In this document: piece after piece, positions 38,376 through 48,427 of the stretch | Layout of the letters: each line of letters starts with the position of its first letter | Numbering within the stretch: position 1 is the stretch's first letter | Assembly: GCA_963675755.2 (NCBI GenBank) | Contig: CAXXMD010000002.1 | Span: 960,001-1,024,000, forward strand | Reading direction: 5' to 3' | From: a bacterium | GTDB lineage: Bacteria > Zhuqueibacterota > Zhuqueibacteria > Residuimicrobiales > Krinioviventaceae | DNA length: 64,000 nucleotides | Translations under genes and position numbers: made by a program | Notes under the pieces: generated by a model | The model's database searches: none | Seen by the model: the letters and a program-made list of their open reading frames with translations, nothing else | Told to the model about the DNA's origin: nothing

Positions 38376-40172
38376 TTAACTTGTATAGGAAGCAACTGAG
38401 GAAAGGATACTATCCATAAGAGATTGCTGCTGAATAACTGCATTATATGTATTTTGTAAAGCAGCGTATTTTTCGATATAGTATTCTTCCAACCTATCTA
38501 AACGTTCTTCCTGTCGTTCAATGTTATTATCAATTGATTCAATTTGACTTTCAATACCCTCTTTACTGACATCAATAATACCATCAGTTTCAAGATACGG
38601 TTCTATCAACTCTGCAACTCTTGTTGCAATACCGTCTGTTGAATTAAATAGATTTTGAACAGCCTGGCTATCATTTTCCAAATACTCTTCAAGCAGATCA
38701 GAATCTTCAATAGACAGATTCATGTCTTCGTCAAATTCAATACCAATTGCAACTAATGTTGATGGATCGCCCTCGGTTATATTAGTTAATGTACTTGTAG
38801 CAATATTAATCAGTGAGAAACGAACATCACGAAAAACAGTTTCTCCGGTTAATGCACCTCGGGTATAAGTATCCATATCAATTTCAGAATTTGTTTTAAC
38901 AAATTCAAGGATATTATTAAACTTTGAAATAAAATTTTCAATATTCTTTTTAACCTGGGACGTATTCTTTGTTGATGAAATCTGTACTGACGTTGTATCT
39001 GAATCTGTATAATCATTATTTGCAACGGTAACATCATTCAAGGTAATTTCCAATCCATTCAACTCGAATGTATTGCTGGATTTTGTTATCTCGTTTGAAG
39101 AATCAGTACTATTGATTGTAAAGATTGCATCTTGTCCCAAATTCTGTACAACACTATCAAATTTTAATGATTCAGACAGAAATGTACCTTCAACATCTTC
39201 GAACTGAATTTCACTACTTCCTTGTGTATTCGAAGTAATCATTACTTTATCCAAAGAATCGTCATAAAAAGCAGTAACACCTGCTTCAGATGAATTGATA
39301 CGGGAAATAATTTCATTCAAAGTATCTTCCCCTGCATTCCACTCAATGGATATTCCATTAATTTTGAAACTGCCTGTATCCGATTCGTCAAGCTCTGTAT
39401 CGAAATTCACTTTATGTAATAATACATCTGACTGTAAACCAGTGGAAACTGGTGAAAGCTGAGATGGCAAATTGCCATATTCACCGGTTTCCATTTTGAT
39501 TGCTGTAAAAAATCCTACACCACTACTCCCTGCTGTTTCGGAAATAGTTAAATCTGATGCAGAAGGGTCATCATTTTCAATAAAAAATTTATCTAGTGTT
39601 TCATTGTAATAAATATTAACATTTGCTGTACTATCATTTCGAATAGCTGTCAACATATCGCTGACAGTTTCATAATCAGCAAGATCAAATTCTTTACCAT
39701 TAATGGTGATGGTTCCTGTGGCTTCTGTTTCAAAACCAGCATCAGCAAAACTCTCATAAATATCCAGTTCATCAGAACCGGCAACAACCTGATATGCACT
39801 TTTAGTTGCAATAGATGAATTCAATTGCGATGTACTTATCATTGAAGTAGAAGTTGCCAGTTGCTTGACACGAATATTAAAAGTTCCGACAGCAGCATCA
39901 TCATTAGCTTTAACAGAAACAGTATCACTGTCACTGGAAGATACAGAAACAGCATTAAAGATAGTATTATCTTCTGTGTCTGTAAAATCTTCAGCCAATT
40001 CCTGCAAGTCTTCCAAGTATGTTGCCAGCTTGTCGTAATACCCAGATTTGGCACTAACTCTGTCTTTACGGTCTTCCAACTCGTAAATAGGTTCGCGTTC
40101 AAGAGACATTAGCTGACTAACATAACTTGTCAAACTACTGCTGGAATAAGATGATGTACTAATGGTGGCCAT
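38376..40172 (-). CDS. fliD: Flagellar filament cap protein FliD
   Basis: VSQLMSLEREP, VKQLAT, GQDAIFTIN...SSNTF, FISKFN, C-terminal coiled coil. Confidence 0.92.
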   Translation of the reverse strand: MATISTSSYSSSSLTSYVSQLMSLEREPIYELEDRKDRVSAKSGYYDKLATYLEDLQELAEDFTDTEDNTIFNAVSVSSSDSDTVSVKANDDAAVGTFNIRVKQLATSTSMISTSQLNSSIATKSAYQVVAGSDELDIYESFADAGFETEATGTITINGKEFDLADYETVSDMLTAIRNDSTANVNIYYNETLDKFFIENDDPSASDLTISETAGSSGVGFFTAIKMETGEYGNLPSQLSPVSTGLQSDVLLHKVNFDTELDESDTGSFKINGISIEWNAGEDTLNEIISRINSSEAGVTAFYDDSLDKVMITSNTQGSSEIQFEDVEGTFLSESLKFDSVVQNLGQDAIFTINSTDSSNEITKSSNTFELNGLEITLNDVTVANNDYTDSDTTSVQISSTKNTSQVKKNIENFISKFNNILEFVKTNSEIDMDTYTRGALTGETVFRDVRFSLINIATSTLTNITEGDPSTLVAIGIEFDEDMNLSIEDSDLLEEYLENDSQAVQNLFNSTDGIATRVAELIEPYLETDGIIDVSKEGIESQIESIDNNIERQEERLDRLEEYYIEKYAALQNTYNAVIQQQSLMDSILSSVASYTS

Positions 40173-40188
40173 GGTTCATCTCCAAAAC

Positions 40189-40530
40189 TCAGGCAGCTTT
40201 TTGCTGCCGTAAAGCCTCAATCCAGGTATTTCGCAAGTCCGATAAAATTACTTGGGCTTTGCTGTATTCCTGTTTTTGAATTAATTGCATTGAATATTCA
40301 TATAATCTAAACAGACCAGTAGCGATCTCTTTATATTTAAAATCAAGTGAATCTATTAATTGAGCAACAGCTTTGGATGCTTTACGGTTATCATTCGCTT
40401 TACAGCCTACTATTGCTTGATCATATAAAAACAATACTAATTTCTCAGGTGATGAAGACATTACTTCATTTTCCTGATATGTATTTATTTTCCTCAACGT
40501 GGTACGTTGTGACACGTCTGAATATAGCAT
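40189..40530 (-). CDS. fliS: Flagellin chaperone FliS
   Basis: YQENEVMSSSPEKLVLFLYDQAI, LIDSLD, LFRLYEY, LRNTW. Confidence 0.92.
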   Translation of the reverse strand: MLYSDVSQRTTLRKINTYQENEVMSSSPEKLVLFLYDQAIVGCKANDNRKASKAVAQLIDSLDFKYKEIATGLFRLYEYSMQLIQKQEYSKAQVILSDLRNTWIEALRQQKAA

Positions 40531-40562
40531 CTCATAACTCCCATAACGAAAATCATCCCATC

Positions 40563-40600
40563 ATTTTTGGCACGTCCACAATAAAAGACGTGCCAAAAAT
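40563..40600. other. 14-bp stem-loop downstream of fliC (mRNA stabiliser or partial terminator)
   Basis: ATTTTTGGCACGTC-N10-GACGTGCCAAAAAT; no 3' U-tract on either strand. Confidence 0.65.
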
Positions 40601-40612
40601 TATACCAAACTA

Positions 40613-41839
40613 TTAACCAAACAGTGACAATACAGCTTGTGGCTGAGTATTTGCCTGAGCCAACATTGCTGTAGCAGTCTGTTGTAAGATCTGGAACTTT
40701 GTAGCTTCTAACTGCTCTTCTGCCATATCTGCGTCCATAATACGACTGTATGAAGATTGAGTGTTAATTTGAGCTACTGACAATGATTCTTCCTGGAAGC
40801 TGAGTCGGTTGAACTGACCACCAAGATAAGCCAATGCTTCCTGAACACCATCAATTGCAGAGTCTACTTTGGACATAAATGCCTGAGATGACTCTTGATC
40901 AGAAACACTGCTACCACCTTTTGAATAGTCAAAACCGATAGATAAGGATTGTGCTGATGCTGTAGAAATTGCACCCAAGTCAATTGAAATACCTACTCCG
41001 AGATCAATTACTGCAGGATCTCCACCACCAGCAACTGTTGTTGTCAGGGTGTTGCCCACGTAATTTGTAGCACCATCAGTATCAGAATTGATATCCATCA
41101 GATTTCCTTCATCATCACGGATTTCAATACTAATTGTACCATTTGTAGTTACGCTAGCATTCATTGTATAGTGACCAGTTCCCAATTCATCTGTTAAAGT
41201 ATTGAATGTTGAGGAAGCAGCAAGTGATCCACTAATGCCGCCACTGGCACTATTATTTGATTCAGTTACAGAACCGGTAGCTGTTGCAGCTGCAACAACA
41301 TCAAGACCTGAAGAATCCAACCCGGTAACACTAACATTACTCAATACATCCATTACCAGTTCGTCTTTAACAGAATCATTTCCTACACCAATCTGGAAAT
41401 TCATGGTGCCGGTAAGCATATTGGTACCAAACCAGTCAGCTTGTCCTACTTCTGCGTCAATCTGGGAGTTAAATTTTTGCAATTCTTGTAAAATTGCGGT
41501 TCTTTCACTTGTTCCAAGTGTATCGTTTGCAGCCTGAACAGCTTTGGTTTTCATCTGGTTCAAGATTTCCAAAACATTATTCAAGTGACCTTCAGCGGTC
41601 GTCATAACGTTTTTAGCATCACCAATGTTATCAATAGCCTGTCCAAGACCACGGGCCTTTGTATCAAGACCACCTGCGATGGCGAGACCAGCCGCATCAT
41701 CAGCTGCAGAGTTGATGCGTTTACCGGTAGCCAAACGTAACTGATGTGTACCCAGTTTTGAATTGATCGATTTTAACGAATTGAGTGCGCTCATCGCGCC
41801 TATATTCGTGTTAATACGACTAAAATCTGCAGTTGCCAT
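40613..41839 (-). CDS. fliC: Flagellin
   Basis: RINTN, RLATGKRINSAADDAAGLAI, SRIMDADMAEE, ILQQTATAMLAQAN..PQAVLSL. Confidence 0.97.
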   Translation of the reverse strand: MATADFSRINTNIGAMSALNSLKSINSKLGTHQLRLATGKRINSAADDAAGLAIAGGLDTKARGLGQAIDNIGDAKNVMTTAEGHLNNVLEILNQMKTKAVQAANDTLGTSERTAILQELQKFNSQIDAEVGQADWFGTNMLTGTMNFQIGVGNDSVKDELVMDVLSNVSVTGLDSSGLDVVAAATATGSVTESNNSASGGISGSLAASSTFNTLTDELGTGHYTMNASVTTNGTISIEIRDDEGNLMDINSDTDGATNYVGNTLTTTVAGGGDPAVIDLGVGISIDLGAISTASAQSLSIGFDYSKGGSSVSDQESSQAFMSKVDSAIDGVQEALAYLGGQFNRLSFQEESLSVAQINTQSSYSRIMDADMAEEQLEATKFQILQQTATAMLAQANTQPQAVLSLFG

Positions 41840-41844
41840 AATAT

Positions 41845-41881
41845 ACCTCCTTGTTAATATTATTTAGGCGTCCATGCCTAA
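41845..41881 (-). promoter_or_regulatory. CsrA-binding sites in the fliC leader
   Basis: Hairpin UUAGGC-AUGGAC-GCCUAA with GGA in the loop (41864-41881) plus CAAGGAGG overlapping the RBS. Confidence 0.75.
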
Positions 41882-41934
41882 TGGTCTAAATTGTTCACTG
41901 CATCATGAATAATTATTTGTCCTTTCAATAATAT

Positions 41935-41961
41935 TTATCGACTGGACGCATTAAAACTTTA
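41935..41961 (-). promoter_or_regulatory. Sigma28 (FliA) promoter of fliC
   Basis: TAAAGTTT-N11-GTCGATAA versus consensus TAAAGTTT-N11-GCCGATAA. Confidence 0.88.
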
Positions 41962-42001
41962 ATTTATTACTTAAAAAAAGTAACAAATTAATGGAGGTAT
42001 T

Positions 42002-43729
42002 TTAAGAGGATTGTTGTTGTTCCAGGATATTCTGCAAAACCTGTAGGTTTTGCAATACGCGGGAATTGTAAGGATCGAGTTTTAATACATTCTTGTATCC
42101 TGTCAACGCAACATCATATCTACCGCTTTTGGCATAACAGGTTGCAATATCTATTAAAACGTCAATATTTTGAGGATCATAATGTAAATACTTGGTATAA
42201 CATTCAATTGCAAGATCATATAATTCAAATTTTATTGCAGAACCCGCAATTTTTTTCATAATTTGATAATCATCAGAATATCTGATAATATATTCCACAT
42301 GGTGAACAAAATTACCCTTTTCATCATTCACAGCACTAATAGTAGCAATTCCTACATGAGCGCCTTGATGATTAGGTTGCAGTTCTAAAATTCGCTTCCA
42401 TAATTCAACAGCTTGATGCTGATCTTTATTTACCAATTGGGTTGCAAGTAAATTCATGATATGAACATCATTGGGGAATTTTTCTAATCCCCTTTTTAAA
42501 ATATCAATTGGATTACCAAAATCACCATACTTTAGCGCAATACCAGCCCATTTTTCATAAAAAACGGGTTCAAGCGGTTTATGTTTTTCATAATCTAACA
42601 ACAAATTTTTAGCTTTTTCGGGATCATTCAGTTCTAATAAAAGACGAGCAAAAGCCGTATAATAAACGGGTATATCATCACGTAAAACAATGGCTTTTTC
42701 AAGGGCGGTCCTTGCATTTTCATATTCACCCAGGTAATAATAACAGTCAGAAATATTGCCCAATGCTCTATGGTCAAAATCAAAAGAGTCAATCAAAACC
42801 AGTGTGTGTTGAGGATTTTTCTTTTGCTCACGGTTCAATTTTATAAATCGATTAAACTCTTCAATAGCTTCCCTGTACTTTTGCAATCCCTGTAATACCA
42901 ATGCATGTGCAAAAACCACATCAAGATTACGTGGATTTTTTTGCAGTACTTTATGTATTAATACTTCTGCTTTATCAAACTGTTTTAAACTTATCAGACT
43001 ATAAGCAGTATCATTTGCAATCATTTGAAAATGTAAATCATTCATAGTTTCGCTGCAAACTTTGAACGCTCTGGTCCCAAATTCTACAGCTTTTCTGTAT
43101 TTATGCTGAACACGTAAAATCCTTATATAGTTCTGATATGCAAAAGCATTGTCCGGCTTTTCTTCAAGTTGCTTTAATAACAGAGCAGACGTTCTTTTAA
43201 ACTTGGCTTGCATTTGCTCATCTGTCAAATTATATCCATGATGATAAATACGTATATTGGTATGCAGCCAGGCAGAATTATGTACCAATTGGTTATGTAC
43301 TATGCCCTCATAATGTGCCTTTCCCTGTCGGAAAATTCGGTGAGAATAATTTTTAGAAACGCCATGAGGACTGGAGCTTAAAACTGCACAAAATATTACA
43401 TCATAAGAATCAGATTTGAGTGCATTTTTTAATAAAATTTTATCATTGGGGTCCAATTCTTCATCTGCATCAATTACCAATATCCAATCACTGGTGGCAT
43501 ATTGCAGACTTTGATTCCTTGCTTTACTAAAATCCCCTTCCCAGGGATGATGATATACTTTGGCACCAAAAGATTCTGCAATTTCTACTGTTTTATCTTC
43601 TGAACCTGTATCTACAATAATTATTTCATCTACAACATCTTGAACACTTGACAAACACTTTGGTAAAAAATGTTCCTCGTTTTTAACAATCATACATAGA
43701 GATAATGTGGGGTTGTCATTAACTGCCAT
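42002..43729 (-). CDS. GT2 glycosyltransferase with C-terminal TPRs (probable flagellin glycosyltransferase)
   Basis: LSLCMIVKNEE, VDTGSED, FSKARN, WILVIDADE, YEGIVHNQ, IYHHGY; TPRs; directly upstream of fliC. Confidence 0.9.
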   Translation of the reverse strand: MAVNDNPTLSLCMIVKNEEHFLPKCLSSVQDVVDEIIIVDTGSEDKTVEIAESFGAKVYHHPWEGDFSKARNQSLQYATSDWILVIDADEELDPNDKILLKNALKSDSYDVIFCAVLSSSPHGVSKNYSHRIFRQGKAHYEGIVHNQLVHNSAWLHTNIRIYHHGYNLTDEQMQAKFKRTSALLLKQLEEKPDNAFAYQNYIRILRVQHKYRKAVEFGTRAFKVCSETMNDLHFQMIANDTAYSLISLKQFDKAEVLIHKVLQKNPRNLDVVFAHALVLQGLQKYREAIEEFNRFIKLNREQKKNPQHTLVLIDSFDFDHRALGNISDCYYYLGEYENARTALEKAIVLRDDIPVYYTAFARLLLELNDPEKAKNLLLDYEKHKPLEPVFYEKWAGIALKYGDFGNPIDILKRGLEKFPNDVHIMNLLATQLVNKDQHQAVELWKRILELQPNHQGAHVGIATISAVNDEKGNFVHHVEYIIRYSDDYQIMKKIAGSAIKFELYDLAIECYTKYLHYDPQNIDVLIDIATCYAKSGRYDVALTGYKNVLKLDPYNSRVLQNLQVLQNILEQQQSS

Positions 43730-43745
43730 TATTTAAACCATTTTT

Positions 43746-46583
43746 TTAAGAAATTCGAATATTATTATTTATTACTGCGTCTAAAATTTGCACCAAACCG
43801 TTCAACAATGAAGCTTGATACCTGATAAATGAAGGAAAGGTATTGATTGAAATAGTGTTATCATTAAAATCAAGCTCCGAGATAAAACTACCGGATTCAT
43901 TGGTAAACAAATCAAACACAACGGGTAAGGTTTTATAAACTATGGGTATTACATCTGTTCCTTGGCTTGCCATATTGCCAAGTAATTTCAAAAAAAGCCC
44001 CATACTAAAAGTATCTATCATTGGCTTTTCTGAATTATTTTCAAAAGGAAATTCAAATTGGTTAAAGTATTTGTTGATAAAAGCATTAAAATAATGTTGG
44101 TACTCGTAGCTTATATCAACATCATTTAAAAAAGCTGAACAATTCAAAAGGGCATTCAAATGGTACAAATGGTCAGTCAAGGTTGCAATTTGATTTTTCA
44201 CTTTATCTTCATAGCCATTAATATATTTTTCAAGCAAACCATTGGTTGAAATATCACTCGTGCTGGCATATAGAGCTTTTTTGCCCAAAGAGATCCAGTT
44301 CTCATTCTTATTAATTTGGCCCAATTGGATTAGTAAATCTGCACAAAAAAGATTACTGCTATGGAGCTTGCCGTCATCAAATTGTGTTAAACCAAAACAG
44401 ATTTTATTTTCGCCCAGATCTGTTTTTGACAATGTTTTTTCTATAAAAACTGCAGCATCATTACATATTTGGAGATATTTATCATCACTAAAATAATAAT
44501 ATAAATTTAGAAATCCTTTAGTAACCCAATATGTAGTATGCATATCAGGTACGGCTGCGTGTACGTCTTGATGCAAAAATCTATCATAAGGATATGCCCA
44601 ACCAATACCTGATTGGGTTTTTATAGATTGCTTGACAAGTATTTCAGATAGATACTCTAAGCGACTGTCTATATTAACATTCTCAATATCTCTGGGTAAT
44701 TTACAGAATGAGGTTAGAAACATTCCAAATGAGTCAGGGAATACAACTTTGGTTATTCCAAGTTCATTACGAGAGGTTAAGGGATTTATATTTTTATTTT
44801 CAATATGATGTTTTTGTTCTTTGGAAAGTACCTGCCCCTTACGCTCCATTTCATTAACAATAGAATCAACATCAGAAATATCATATCCGGCAAATCCATT
44901 TAGTTTGATCCACTTGAAATGATTAATAATAATCTTTGATAAATTTATAACCAGGTTAGATTGAACAAGCGTTCGCGATGTCAAAACATCAATTGGAATT
45001 TCAATTTTATAATTACCTTCAGATATTGTATTGAATTGGTCATCATTTTTTATCAAGACATCTTGAAGTTTATCTGCAAACTTTTCCGACATGTTATTAT
45101 TATTTCGAATTTTTGCAGAATAAAATTCCGTCATTACTTTATCATATAATGATTCTAATCTGTATATTTGATCTTCATAAGTATATATGTATTCCTGTGG
45201 GTCAAATTTGTATTCATCTAAAAAACCATTATTTAAAATATCAAAAATTTCAGTCACAGAATTAAATGTTCTGCCAACTTTATTCGTTGTAAAAAAATCC
45301 TGATATGACTTTAAATTTGAAGTTAATACAGGTAAACCCGCAGCAAGATATTCAAAAAGCTTATTCGCAATTGTTGTTTCCAGAAATACCTTGTTCCCTT
45401 TTTCAAGATTAAAGGGGATGATCCCAATATCATACTGTGACATTTCTTTAATTATTTGTTTAGGCGAAACCGGATCATAAATATGAATATTGTTATAATT
45501 TGCAAATAATTTATCAATCTCATTATTTTTAAATGATGGATATAAATGAATATGTATTTTTTTATTCAATGCCAATTGTGTAAATAATTCATAAAAATTA
45601 CGATGAGGATTACTGCCAATGCCTCCTTCATATACTAAATGTATGTGCCCATCTTGAGTTGATAATTTAGGGAGGTTACTGGTTGGTAGGTCCTGTTGTG
45701 ATGAATAATTAAATAAAACAATTGAATGCTCTTTTATTCCATACTGCTTACTTGCAGATTGCAATTGATAGGGAGTAGTATATACTCTACCATGGGCTCC
45801 ATAGTTTGCAATGCTTTCAAAGTATTTCAAAGTTTCATTTTCAGGATCCCTTAAGGAGATCAAGTCGTGGGTATCATGAATTACCGGGCGTTTCCCTGCC
45901 AGGGCTGTAACTGTAAGAATATCGGGTTCATTATGACAATGCACAAGATCAAAATGTTCAATTAATTCCCAAAGTTCTTTATTAGATTTAATATGAAAAA
46001 TCTGTGTATATACAGAATCAGACAAATCTTTGTACATTTGACTTAATTTTGCTTTTGCATAAGCAAGAGAAACCTTATGCCCACGCTGAATAAGTGCAGT
46101 TGCTATTTTATAATTTCGTATACAGGGAGATTCTTGAACAAATAGGATATTGAATTGTTTTGCGGGTGTTCTATAATGATCTAACATGGAATCCAGATTA
46201 TTTTCCGCAACCAGGCTCTTTAAAAAATCAATTGATCGCTTTTTATCAGGATTCAGATTAATACTTTTTTCGGCATAGTCCCTGGCATTTTCAATATTAC
46301 CAAGTATTGCTAATACTCGTGCATAGTTATAGTTGGCATCATAATGAAAAGGTTCAAGATTTAATACACTTTTAAAATATTCTTTAGCCTGCTTGTATTC
46401 CTTGGTTTTAAATTTAATAATACCAAGTTTATTCATTACATCAGTACTATTGCTATTAATATCCAAAGCTTGTAAAAGATATTTTTCAGCATCCTGCAGA
46501 TTACCATTACGCAATGCAATATTTGCAGACTTTATGACATCTGCAAAATATAATTGAGATTTTTTTTGCAAAGCTGAAGCCAT
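43746..46583 (-). CDS. TPR + GT4-like (GT-B) glycosyltransferase + C-terminal alpha/alpha-toroid-like domain
   Basis: N-terminal TPRs; VHCHNEP, VIHDTHD, ANKLFEYLAAGLPVLTS; helical C-terminal ~400 aa with GYDISD and GWAYPYD. Confidence 0.75.
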   Translation of the reverse strand: MASALQKKSQLYFADVIKSANIALRNGNLQDAEKYLLQALDINSNSTDVMNKLGIIKFKTKEYKQAKEYFKSVLNLEPFHYDANYNYARVLAILGNIENARDYAEKSINLNPDKKRSIDFLKSLVAENNLDSMLDHYRTPAKQFNILFVQESPCIRNYKIATALIQRGHKVSLAYAKAKLSQMYKDLSDSVYTQIFHIKSNKELWELIEHFDLVHCHNEPDILTVTALAGKRPVIHDTHDLISLRDPENETLKYFESIANYGAHGRVYTTPYQLQSASKQYGIKEHSIVLFNYSSQQDLPTSNLPKLSTQDGHIHLVYEGGIGSNPHRNFYELFTQLALNKKIHIHLYPSFKNNEIDKLFANYNNIHIYDPVSPKQIIKEMSQYDIGIIPFNLEKGNKVFLETTIANKLFEYLAAGLPVLTSNLKSYQDFFTTNKVGRTFNSVTEIFDILNNGFLDEYKFDPQEYIYTYEDQIYRLESLYDKVMTEFYSAKIRNNNNMSEKFADKLQDVLIKNDDQFNTISEGNYKIEIPIDVLTSRTLVQSNLVINLSKIIINHFKWIKLNGFAGYDISDVDSIVNEMERKGQVLSKEQKHHIENKNINPLTSRNELGITKVVFPDSFGMFLTSFCKLPRDIENVNIDSRLEYLSEILVKQSIKTQSGIGWAYPYDRFLHQDVHAAVPDMHTTYWVTKGFLNLYYYFSDDKYLQICNDAAVFIEKTLSKTDLGENKICFGLTQFDDGKLHSSNLFCADLLIQLGQINKNENWISLGKKALYASTSDISTNGLLEKYINGYEDKVKNQIATLTDHLYHLNALLNCSAFLNDVDISYEYQHYFNAFINKYFNQFEFPFENNSEKPMIDTFSMGLFLKLLGNMASQGTDVIPIVYKTLPVVFDLFTNESGSFISELDFNDNTISINTFPSFIRYQASLLNGLVQILDAVINNNIRIS

Positions 46584-46603
46584 GTATTCATCCTGAAATG
46601 AAA

Positions 46604-47656
46604 TTAATCATCATTAGAAATTACAAAATCATCCAAGGAATCCAGATCAGTTGAGGTTAATAATAAATTCTTGTAATGATTCACCTTATTATCATTATTT
46701 GAACGATTGAAATAATCTACAAGATATTGACATACAGTATTAAATTGTTCCTGAAAATTTTTTGATTTAATCTCGTTATTTTCAGATTCCATTGTAATCC
46801 ATTGTTCATAGGCAGAAACAGCAGAATCAATATTTTTCTTTTTCTCATAAGCTTTGCCCAAATAATATAATGGATCTGAAAAATGCTGATCTAGTTTGAA
46901 TGCATTTGCAAGCAAGGGTATGGATTGATTATTTAATCCCAATTCAAAACAACAATATCCTAATTCATAATAAGCTCTGGAATTATTTTCATCCAGCATA
47001 ATTACTTTACGAAAATGGCCAATTGCGTGTTCATATTCTTTGGTGGTTTTATAAATATCACCTAATGCAAAATGTAATTCTTTTTGATCGGAATGTGTTA
47101 CCAATGCTATTTTCAAAACCTCAATCGCATCAGTATAATTATTATAATAAAGATACAACTGTGCAAGATTTACTGCACTATTTAAAGATTTAGGATCAAT
47201 ACGTAAAGCAGTATCATAAAATACTATAGCATCTTGAACGTTATCCAAAGCCTGGCAACATTCTCCCAGCAATTCATAGGCCTGACTGTCTTGAGGATTT
47301 ATCAAAACAACTTTTTTATAAAAGGTAGTAGCTTTTTCAAATTCATTTTCATTTTGATATAATAAACCTAAATTGTAATAAGCCTCAGCAAGGTTTTCAT
47401 CAATATGTACAGACTGCATTAATACTTTTTCAGCATCTGCATAATTTTCCCGTAAAATATTAATAACACCCAACTGACAATATAAAACAGCCGGCGAAGA
47501 AAAATCTGATTCCAGGGCATCAGATATTACTTTTATTGCCTGGTCAAATGCTTCATTTTGAATATGTTCTTTAATTGTATCTAAAATTTGCTTATCTGAT
47601 TCTGATTCAACATTTAATTCTCTGATCTTTTCAGACAGTTTATTTGCAGCATCCAT
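46604..47656 (-). CDS. TPR-repeat protein
   Basis: About 8 TPRs (AEAYYNLGLLY, SQAYELLG, SRAYYELG, DPLYYLG). Confidence 0.88.
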   Translation of the reverse strand: MDAANKLSEKIRELNVESESDKQILDTIKEHIQNEAFDQAIKVISDALESDFSSPAVLYCQLGVINILRENYADAEKVLMQSVHIDENLAEAYYNLGLLYQNENEFEKATTFYKKVVLINPQDSQAYELLGECCQALDNVQDAIVFYDTALRIDPKSLNSAVNLAQLYLYYNNYTDAIEVLKIALVTHSDQKELHFALGDIYKTTKEYEHAIGHFRKVIMLDENNSRAYYELGYCCFELGLNNQSIPLLANAFKLDQHFSDPLYYLGKAYEKKKNIDSAVSAYEQWITMESENNEIKSKNFQEQFNTVCQYLVDYFNRSNNDNKVNHYKNLLLTSTDLDSLDDFVISNDD

Positions 47657-47670
47657 ATTACTTTATTACC

Positions 47671-47910
47671 TCATTTTTTAGATTGCTGTAAAGACATAAT
47701 TAAAGATGAATAATCAGCAGTCAGACTTTCATTTGCAGCAATTCGATTTTGTTCTTGTACTTTGAGATAGATTTCTTCACGATGAACTGGAATATGTTTT
47801 GGAGCATGTATGCCAATACGTATACTCTTCCCATGGATTTCGAGGATGGAAATGCGGATATCATTTCCAATAGCGATGCCCTCCCCTCGCTTTCTCGTTA
47901 AAATCAACAT
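47671..47910 (-). CDS. csrA: Carbon storage regulator CsrA
   Basis: [20 protein letters not shown]...[19 protein letters not shown]. Confidence 0.97.
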   Translation of the reverse strand: MLILTRKRGEGIAIGNDIRISILEIHGKSIRIGIHAPKHIPVHREEIYLKVQEQNRIAANESLTADYSSLIMSLQQSKK

Positions 47911-47934
47911 ATGTATGCCTTCCTTAGCTTTTGT

Positions 47935-48396
47935 TTAGTTTTGGCTTCCTGCCAGTATCGGTTGTTTTAACGAATAATTACTCTCCGATAATATAATCTG
48001 TTTTCCTAATTTCCTTGACGGATTAATAACGATGGGACCTCTTAAATTAGCACTTACATTATGTATGCTTTTACCAACAGTTACAATAACAAACAGTTGC
48101 CCGCCTTTAATGTCATCCAGACCAATACTCTGCAGTTCGCGTAATCCCGATTGAGCAATATAATCTTCTTTTACCATCAATGGATCAATGATTGGTAATT
48201 GCAATGCAGGATCATCAACACAGATTAACCATTGAAATGGCTCAAATCCCTGTTTGTTAAATATAATAAATTTAGATTTATCTTCAAAACCTATAATGCC
48301 TTCAGGAAATAAAACAATATCAGATTCTGTATATGTCACATCTCCCAGTGTTGTCTTTACATAATACTTTTCCATCACTTGCGATGCCTCAACCAT
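47935..48396 (-). CDS. fliW: Flagellar assembly factor FliW
   Basis: FPEGIIGFE, PFQWL, IIDP, SANLRGPIVINP, GKQIIL. Confidence 0.95.
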   Translation of the reverse strand: MVEASQVMEKYYVKTTLGDVTYTESDIVLFPEGIIGFEDKSKFIIFNKQGFEPFQWLICVDDPALQLPIIDPLMVKEDYIAQSGLRELQSIGLDDIKGGQLFVIVTVGKSIHNVSANLRGPIVINPSRKLGKQIILSESNYSLKQPILAGSQN

Positions 48397-48427
48397 AGAA
48401 TTTCAATCTCCATAAATTTCTCGACTA

